A DNA stretch of 64,000 nucleotides, from positions 176,886,001 through 176,950,000 of the forward strand of contig OX597814.1 in assembly GCA_951406725.2 (NCBI GenBank). Direction: 5' to 3'. The position numbers and the translations under genes are program-made. Numbering within the stretch: the first letter of the stretch is position 1; every line of letters starts with the position of its first letter. Of this stretch, positions 54,967-64,000 are shown one piece after another. The DNA comes from Octopus vulgaris (Eukaryota). The notes beneath the pieces are model-generated. The model searched no databases and was not told where the DNA came from. It was given only the letters and a program-made list of their open reading frames with translations.

Positions 54967-55652
54967 TTAAAACAGCCCTGGGCAAACTGCAGCCTGCGGG
55001 ACTTACTGAATAGCACACTAAATGGAAAATTTACCGTGAATTATTTTAGTAGTGTGGTATAATGATGAGCCATGTCTCATGTTGCCTGCTTTTATAGCAA
55101 AAATTTCTATTGCAATTGAAGTTTACTTTATTGCTTTTATATTAAATTAATAAAATAAACATTTATAAAGAAGGGTGCATTTACAAGATATCGCACGATG
55201 GCTGCCAGTGAGTATCTTTCTGGCACAAGGTTATCTCCTTGTCAGAGTACAACGCCATTTTATTTGTCATGTAATATCTTGTAATCAAGGGTTAAGTGTT
55301 AAATCAACTTTAATTTTCCTAGCCTTCTTCTATATACTTCCATTCACAGTTAAGATGTAATGTAGGAATGGATATCAGTTCTTGACTCATTCTTCTTATT
55401 GACTCATGGAATGGTAAAAAATAATAAAAGATAATCCTACCAAATCCTTTGTAGGATTTGAACTCAGAATGTAAAATACCATAGCATATTGTCTGCCTTA
55501 GTTTTAATTTCATGAAAAGTTTTAGTCATTATTATAATCAAAATCATTTTTTCATAAACGTGTGCCACAGTGTGGTATCAGCCAAAATGTCTAAAACCAG
55601 TAAAAGAGTAAAATAGAATTATAATTTTGATGTTTGGAACATTTGCACATGA

Positions 55653-56239
<587 letters not shown>

Positions 56240-56246
56240 TGAGTTA

Positions 56247-56292
<46 letters not shown>

Positions 56293-56625
56293 TTTTTTTT
56301 TCAGTTTAAAAATATTAGTGGTTTGGCGATAGTGACTGATAGAATAAGTATCAAGCTTAAAAAAACCCAAAATAACTACTGGGGTTCTATTCGTTCCACT
56401 AAAAATTCTTCAAGGTGATGCCCCAGCATGGCCACACTTTAATGATTGAAACAACTAAAAGGTAGAAGATAAAAGATAAGATAACACTACCACTTTTAGT
56501 TATTTATGAAGATTGATTATCAAGCCCTTGTTGCTAATGAACCTCCAGGTTGGCCCTGATTAAGCAGATCTCTGACGAAAAGTATCTTTGATGCTAAGTA
56601 TCCACTCTTTTCTTTTCAGGCATAG

Positions 56626-56880
56626 GATTATTACCTCCGCCAAAGGAAGGAGGTTATGTTTTCATTGGTGTTGGTTTGTCTGTGTGTAAAATAATTCAAA
56701 AAATTGTGAACAGTATTTGATGAAACTTGTAGGAAAAGTTGGTAATGACACAAGGAACAGATTGTGAAATTTTGGTAGTGATCCGGGAATTTTCATGGAT
56801 TCTTGAAGGATTTTTCATTTGTTATATTTACTTTACATGAAGTATTGCAATGTTACGTTCTTTGATTATCTCCCTTGAAA
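56626..56880 (+). mobile_element. Helentron/HINE-like non-autonomous element fragment
   Basis: Starts TATTACCTCCGCCAAAGGAAGGAGGTTATGTTTT followed by GTTTGTCTGT-type repeats, a terminus I recall for this class. Confidence 0.5.
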
Positions 56881-57312
56881 ACACGTTCATCCCATGTCTT
56901 CCTGGGTCTACCTCTACCCCAGATCCCTTCAACTGTTTGGGAGTGGCACTGCAAATGGTTAGCAAATGATTATAGTTGCGCTAGCCTGACGTTTCTACTC
57001 TAGTTATTTACCCATACAGTTAGTGACTATTTTAAAGTCAAAAGCATATGGCTGTAATACACTTGATTTTCTCCCCTCCATACACACACAAGCATGTATC
57101 TGACTCATACATTGTTCGCTTTCCAGACATTTCTACATTACTGCATGTACTTTATATGCACTTTCTGACAAGTTGTGGTGCACCTGAGCACTGTATACAA
57201 TAATTTCATTATTATTTCATTATTAAAGTAATAGAATACACTATTTATATTCAGTTCACATAGAATAATTGTGAATAGTGTCTTATATTGTTTTTTGAAT
57301 ATTTTTTTCAAG

Positions 57313-57392
57313 GAATGGAGACCATATACATACCAACTTCAAAGACATGTATCAACACTTAAGAAATAATGGATATTTTGTTGAAGTATTAG
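57313..57392 (+). CDS. MBTPS1: S1P coding exon 20
   Basis: ttcaag|[27 protein letters not shown] g|gtgaga. Confidence 0.97.
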
Positions 57393-57595
57393 GTGAGATA
57401 TTTCTTTTCATCTTCTCAGTGTTACTGTGTATTAGTTCCTGTTATTATAATTGCTTAACATTAACATTTGTTTTGTGGAATAAATTGTTCGAAGAGGTTC
57501 ATATTAATATCACTGAAGAGAGAGAGAGAGATCATTGGGTTCTTTCATGATAGTTGGTGTGTGACAGCAAACACTTGAGTTTCTTTGAATGTATA

Positions 57596-57981
57596 CTAGT
57601 AGTATTGCCCTGCATTGCTTGGGTTTGTTTCGACCCTTTAGAATTGGAAATTTTGAAAAGTAATTGCATTATGTAGCTTGTTATTCTCTTTAAGTGAACA
57701 TTTTTCTGGTTGAAATACACCGAAAAATGGTGACACAGCAGTCAAAAAATTGTAAAAAATAGGGATTTTCATAGAAAAAAAGCACCTTTTTTGGTGTAAA
57801 TAATTTTTGGTCTTAACAAGGTCCAATTTGAATTTTATCTTCTACACAATGAAGAGCAAACCTTCTTCTATCATACTCTCAATGTTGGACAACTTGCGTT
57901 GCAGGGTCTTGGAGGAAATAGTGTTAGTTGAAGGCTATCAAACCTGCCACACACAGACAACTTCAGCTTTATATATATAGA
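57596..57981 (-). mobile_element. Non-autonomous Helitron (family 2, copy 2)
   Basis: Same termini and body as 28470-28865. Confidence 0.8.
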
Positions 57982-58010
57982 TTTAAATTTTCTTTTTACA
58001 TGTGTATTTA

Positions 58011-58649
58011 GGATCTTTACCTTTTGACCTACAAATTTAAAAAATAATTTTTTCTAACTAAACACTTTCAAATGTTAGACACTGGTAGAATGTGTCATAT
58101 AAAACATCTTTTACTCTTAGCATTTTTGAGAAAAACTTATATTTACAAAGTAATTTCACATTAAAGTAGTCCTATTTTGGTAATTTCAACCAATCAATGA
58201 CGTGCATTCAGCTGAATAAAATTACTGTCGATGTTTGTCAACAACAACTATCGGCAGTGTATTTTTCGTTTGTCACTGTTATTTATGACATCATTCGTGC
58301 ATTTGTACTGGTTTTAGGGTTATGCTTAGGGTTTTAGGGTAGGGTTTGGGTTAAGGTTTTAGGGTTAGGGTTGTCATAAATAACTGACAAACGAAAAATA
58401 CACCCTTAGAAGTTCTTGTTGACAAACAACGGCGGTAATTTTTTTCAGCTGAATACACGTCATTGATTGGTTGAAATTCCCGAAATACGACTACTTTAAT
58501 GTGAAATTACTTCGTAAATATAAGTTTTTCTCAAAAATGCTAAGAGTAAAAGATGTTTTATATGACATGTTCTACCAGTGTCTGAATTTTGAAAGTGTTT
58601 AGTTACAAAAAATTATTTTTTAAATCTGTAGGTCAAATAGTAAAGATCT
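58011..58649. mobile_element. Foldback/MULE-type non-autonomous element with telomere-like core
   Basis: About 280-bp inverted arms, 9-bp TSD GTGTATTTA (58002-58010, 58650-58658), degenerate TTAGGG repeats in the spacer. Confidence 0.85.
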
Positions 58650-59019
58650 GTGTATTTATATTTACTTTAAATCAGTCACGAACAAACTGCAGCCTGTGGG
58701 ACTTTCTGAATGGCATGCCAATGAAAAGGTACCTTGAATTTTATTAGCAGTGTAGCCTGCCTGATGATGAACCATGTTTCACGTGGCCTGCTTCTTGATA
58801 AAGCATCCCTACACTTGATCTAAATTAAAATGATTTCTTACATTGGCAATATATCATAGAAGTGTGTGTAGTCAATTGAATCAGCTTCATTTGATTTGGA
58901 AATTTCTTGTAAAATTCATGCTGATATTATTTTTTGAATTTGTATAAATGTGTATTATATGAAAATATATTTTTTAATATAATATTTCTTTATCTCTTTC
59001 TTTTTTTCTCATCAATCAG

Positions 59020-59055
59020 GATCACCATATACCTGCTTTGATGCCAGTCAATATG
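59020..59055 (+). CDS. MBTPS1: S1P coding exon 21 (36 nt)
   Basis: aatcag|GSPYTCFDASQY g|gtaagt; phase 1-1. Confidence 0.95.
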
Positions 59056-59928
59056 GTAAGTATTTATGTAATAAATATTTAACATATAGGCATAAGAGTG
59101 GCTGTGTGGTAAGTAGCTTGCTTACGAACCACATGGTTTCGGGTTCAGTCCCATTGTGTGGCACCTTGGGCAAGTGTCTTCTACTATAGCCTCGGGCTGA
59201 TCAAAGCCTTGTGAGTGGATTTGGTAGATGGAAACTGAAAGAAGCCTGTCGTATATCTGTATATATATGTCTGTGTGTGTTTGTGTCTGTGTTTGTCCTC
59301 CCCAATATTGCTTGACAACCGATGCTGGTGTGTTTACGTCCCCGTAACTTAGCAGTTCGGCAAAAAAGACCGATAGAATAAGTACTAGGCTTCCAAAGAA
59401 AAAGTCCTGGGGTTGATTTACTCGACTAAAGGTGGTGCTCCAGCATGGCCACAAGTAGAAGAGTTAAAAGAGTTAAGAGTATATTGTTCCAGTTATGGTT
59501 TTAGTGTGATCTTATTAAGTGTGCTTGAGCAATCTTATAGATGTAGATAGGCAATAAAATATAAACTTATAATATCATCATCATCGTCATTGTTTAACAT
59601 CCATATGGGTGGGATGGTTTCGCAAGAGCCTGCCAGGCAGAACCCTGCACCACACTTCTGTGACTGTATATAGAGAGAAAAGGAAAAAAAGAAACAATAA
59701 AGAATGTTAGCGAGTCAGAATAATAAAGGCAAATGACTAATGGTTACAAGAATATCTGAAAGAAGTCAAACTGAAACACTAGAAGAAAATGGGAGAAAAT
59801 TTGGTGCAAAAATATTTTGAATTATTGAAAGGAAGCATAAATGTGATCTGTCACTTTTAACAGATGTTTTATATTTTGTCAACTTCCATTAACTTTGATT
59901 CTGTGTATTATATGTGTTTTATATATAT

Positions 59929-59982
<54 letters not shown>

Positions 59983-59986
<4 letters not shown>

Positions 59987-60156
59987 AGGGTTTACGAAAA
60001 AAACAAAAGACGAAGACAGGTGGTGTACAAAACAAACAGCTGTATTAGTATAACGCTCAGGAAGAGAAAAAGTCTTTTACGTTTTGAGCCTACACTCTTC
60101 TTCAGAAAGGGACACAGAAAAAAATGTGTGTGGTGGCTAATGATCTATCACGGCGC
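59983..60156 (-). repeat. Dispersed repeat family E carrying a minimal hammerhead-like motif
   Basis: Copies at about 1730-1920, 40768-40905, 59983-60156; minus-strand consensus CTTT-CTGANGA-A-GAGC gtag GCTC-GAAACGTA-AAAG. Confidence 0.65.
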
Positions 60157-60570
60157 TATATGTATGTATGTAGAGTGTTTAGGAAATTACTTGATACAGT
60201 TATAATAGAGAGATTAGAGAAAGATTTTTATCAAAAAGTTAAGATAAGATCAAAACTTTTTAGAAAGTAGAATGGTACTAACTTTTAGGAAGGAATTTCA
60301 CAAATAGTGTGGAGGCTTTAATAAATGTGCAATTTTATATTATATGTATATGTATATATATATAAATAGATTCAGATGAATATGGTACTTAAGTTGAGGC
60401 ACCAGAATTTAGTACAATATTATCCATATAATTTCAAAATAAGGTGCATTTAGATTGTTGCATTGTTCAATTATATAGAATTATGTGAAATGAATGTACT
60501 TCATTACCTCTGGATATCCTTGTTGCTCATTTTCATTATATATATATATATAAAATTTTGTTTGTTTTAG

Positions 60571-60727
60571 GAACTCTTCTTGTGGTGGATGCTGAAGAAG
60601 AATATTTTCCAGGAGAAGTGACAAAACTGAAACGTGACATTGATAATGGTTTATCTCTCATTGTTTTTGCTGACTGGTATAATGTATCTGTGATGAGGAA
60701 AGTGAAATTTTATGATGAAAATACTCG
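60571..60727 (+). CDS. MBTPS1: S1P coding exon 22 (gene continues beyond the window)
   Basis: ttttag|[52 protein letters not shown] cg|gtaatt; no later S1P exon recognised before 64000. Confidence 0.97.
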
Positions 60728-60825
60728 GTAATTATTATTGTTGTCACTATTATTATTAATATTTTATTATATATATATATTATTATATTATATTATTATT
60801 ATGTTATATAGAATTCAAATTTTAT

Positions 60826-60915
60826 ATCTCTGAAGAGCAGAAGCGTTGTCTATAAATGCTTATCAATATAGGATTTCATTATAGGGACAACTCTTCTGTG
60901 AAACGATCGTAAGAT
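60826..60915 (+). ncRNA. Type I hammerhead ribozyme fold (intronic, sense to MBTPS1)
   Basis: ATCT-CTGAAGA-stem II (GCAGAAG.GTTGTC/GACAAC.CTTCTGT)-GAAA-CGATCG-TA^-AGAT; all core nucleotides present. Confidence 0.75.
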
Positions 60916-61308
60916 GCTTTAAATAATTAATTCAAAACTTTTAAACTGTCATATACATTATATATTTATATTTATACATATTTACATATATTTTTATACA
61001 TATTTATATTTATTTATATATTTTTAATACAACAATTATTTTTCACACGTGTATATCTTTCTGAGGAGTTTTGATATTGATTTCCTAATATTAATAATAA
61101 TATATTATTAAAAAATATATTTGTGTATTATTATTATTATTATTATTATGATGACTACCTGCCAGAATCATTAGAGCATCAGACAAAATGCTTCGTGGCA
61201 ATTCTTCCAGCTCTTTATGTTTTGAGTTCAAATCCTGCCAAGGCCAACCTTGTCTTTCATCCTTTTGGGGTGGTTGATAAAATAAGTTCTAGTTGAGCAC
61301 TGGGTTAA

Positions 61309-62371
61309 CCCTTTCGTTACTATATTTCTGACCAAAATACACCCCTTATGTGTTTCAATTAATTACTAACGTAATCATAAATTTAGTCTGGTTTCATTAA
61401 ACAACTATAACTTTTTTATTTATCAATATATTAACGTGAATTTTGGAAGATAATTTAATGAAATGTTCTCAACCAATTCTATACTATAATTTTTGTCACA
61501 AAGTGACTCTAATTGCAGGTAGATACAGGTAAATTCAACAAAATATAAAATTATTAAAATTTTGTTCAAACATCGCTATAGAAAATGGGTTATTAGCTAA
61601 TATTCAATTGGGTATACAACAAAATTTTACGATAGAATTTGTTATTCTGGGTAACTTTCTGATACCCATAATAATATTTATGGCAAAATAGTCTTAATTT
61701 CATTTAAAGTTATGGGAAACCACTTTCTTTCGTTTTGTTTACATTTAGCGTAACGGTTCGTTTCCGCCGTAATGATTTCAAATAGGCTTATTTGAAAAAG
61801 TAAAAAGAAATAGTCTAAGGCTTTACTCTCCTAGGAAAGTCTGTGGCTTGGTCCAGTTTCTTCAGAAAAATCACCGAAAGAAACAGTTTTTAAATTTTCA
61901 CTCCATTCAGGTGCCAATTCATTTTCTTTATCGCTGTCGGAGCTCTCGGATTCACTGTTTTCACTTTCGGAAAATGAAACATCAGATTCATTATCAAATA
62001 CCACATGCTTTTTTTTTTCAGTCATAGAGTCTTCAGTAGAAAATCCTTCGAATTCTGACTCGCTGCTTGATATAATGAAATTCGTATCCATTTTTTGTCA
62101 GAATTACAAATTTTGAAAACACAATAGGGACAAATTTCGGAAAAAAATCTCCCAAAATTCACGGAATTAAAATTACACTTCGATTTTTGTACAAAACTGT
62201 AGTTGAACTCTTTACGAAGTATAATACGTGTTTTCACGAATGTGCTAAAGAGATTTGCTCTGATATTCTCATTTAAATATGAATAGGTAAATTTGGGCGG
62301 TTTTGGGCGGCTTGGTCACATTAACCAAAATTTTTTGGGGGGCGGTTTCGGGCGGTTTGGTAACGAAAGGG
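61309..62371 (-). mobile_element. Internally deleted piggyBac element with transposase N-terminal remnant
   Basis: TTAA TSDs, CCCTTTCGTTAC TIRs; minus-strand acidic N-terminus, then after a stop ALDYFFLLF..EIITAETNRYA; nested in a SINE. Confidence 0.88.
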
Positions 62372-64000
62372 TTAATGTAATCAACAAGCATCCTCCTCTA
62401 TTTCGGGCTTTATACCTATAGTACAAATGATTATTCTGTTTCTTCTTCTCACTTTTTGCTCTTTTTTTATTTTCTCCTCTCTATCTTCAGCATTTTTCTT
62501 TGTCTTTCTTTTGTATTTCTCTTGTGTCTTTTATTATTTTTTTTGTTAATTCAGTCTGGAGGATGGGGTAGTGCCCATAGCCTTCAGAAGTCCTCTAAGG
62601 CTTTCTATTTCATTTCTGTTATTGTCATTACCATTTAACCAACCAATTAATTAATTAATTGTTTGATTAATCATTTACTCAATCAATCAATGAGCTAGGT
62701 TTGGCAAAGACTTTCATTACCATTTGTAATCTTGTCACTTGATGGACCTAAAACAGACTTGGAGTAGAGAGAGTGCATGTCAATGATGAGGTCACAAATG
62801 GCACTGAAAGGACTTTGATGAACTTAGCTGATTGATTGCTTGACCTGCAGCAGGAATATTCAGTAACCACTTTGTGTTGCGATTTGCTAGAATATTACCC
62901 ATGTGATCGACAAAATCTGACCAATCATGACTTTGCATGGAATAGGCACTAGCAACAATTTCATCTTTTTGTGCACTTCTTTCTGAGCCTAACCATCAGT
63001 ATAAATTTGACACACCTTGACTACTTGACAGAGAGTGTTGAGAGACAGCAGACATGGTGAACAAATGATGGTGACAACTGTTGACCCAAGCTGACAACAA
63101 CCACAATAAATGAACGGTGACAGCAACATTATGACCAGCAGCTATCTTTTTGACTGCTATTTCTATTACACTAAGAACAGCATCCAAACTCTCTCAACAT
63201 TTTGTTGTTCGTAGTAATGACAATGGCGGTGCCCCAGCATGTCCACAGCTCATGAGCTGAAACTAGATAAAATAAAAAATGACTATTTGTTTTTGTGTAT
63301 GAAAAGAATACAATTTTGTTTATCAAAATTCCTAATAGATTTTATCGTCTTCGTCCTTGTACAGACCGGATGATTAACCGATTAGAACCCAAATTTTTAA
63401 AATTTAATTTATTACCAAAAATCTTTTTTTTACACATCTTTATCTGATGCTAAATATATAAAAAAATTTTTATCACAATATTTGGATGACACATAAAAGT
63501 TGGCACATAAAAGGCACCATTTGAGCGTGGCCATTGCCAGTACTGCTTGACTGGCCCTCGTGCCGATGGCATGTAAAAGCACCCACTACACTCTTGGAGT
63601 GGTTGGTGTTAGGAAGGGCATCCAGCTGTAGAAACTCTGCCAGATCAGATTGGAGTCTGGTGCAGCCATCTGGTTCGCCAGACCTCAGTCAAATTGTCCA
63701 ACCCATGCTAGCATGGAAAACGGACGTTAAACAATGATGATGATGACTCCTGTCTTGATGACTAACTAAAGATATCTCAGTAAAATACAGGTGTCACAGA
63801 AATATGATGGATTATCCTTCTAGTCCTAAAAAAGGGACCATGGGCACTAATGGGTTAATCAAACAGCTATTTAATTGATTAAATGTTTAACCAATTGACT
63901 AATGATAAAAGAAGTGAAATAAAACCAATGCATTTGTTTACTATTGGCATTATGACCCTTTCGAGATGCAAAATATTGTGTTTAACAAATGTGTTACGAA

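Noticed and set aside
58311-58371. True telomere or chromosome fusion site
   Set aside because: Short, degenerate, single orientation and enclosed in a TSD-flanked transposon
61055-61085. Second hammerhead starting CTGAGGAG
   Set aside because: No stem II partner or GAAA-NUH half follows

Overview
AT-rich, microsatellite- and SINE-dense animal genomic DNA; the repeat families look cephalopod/octopus-like, which is my inference and not checked against a database. The main content is a + strand, intron-rich gene for site-1 protease (MBTPS1/SKI-1/S1P). I assembled 22 coding exons by hand from 16625 to 60727 (2291 nt, about 763 codons). All have GT-AG ends and compatible phases, the subtilase Asp/His/Asn/Ser catalytic motifs are intact, and the gene runs off the right end of the window. 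A CpG-rich, CCAAT-containing candidate promoter lies at about 9.3-9.6 kb, and a possible terminal exon of an upstream gene lies at 6237-6327. The introns hold several tRNA-derived SINE families, LINE fragments (RTE, CR1, R4-like, HERO-like), Helitrons, piggyBac/hAT/Tc1-mariner/MULE-type non-autonomous elements and several large foldbacks. The most striking unexplained signal is a set of type I hammerhead-ribozyme folds: one apparently intact copy on the sense strand about 100 nt into the intron after coding exon 22, one single-mutation relic, and Penelope-type minimal variants, including a head-to-head tRNA-headed, hammerhead-tailed palindrome. Nearly all ORFs in the supplied track are spurious repeat or microsatellite translations.
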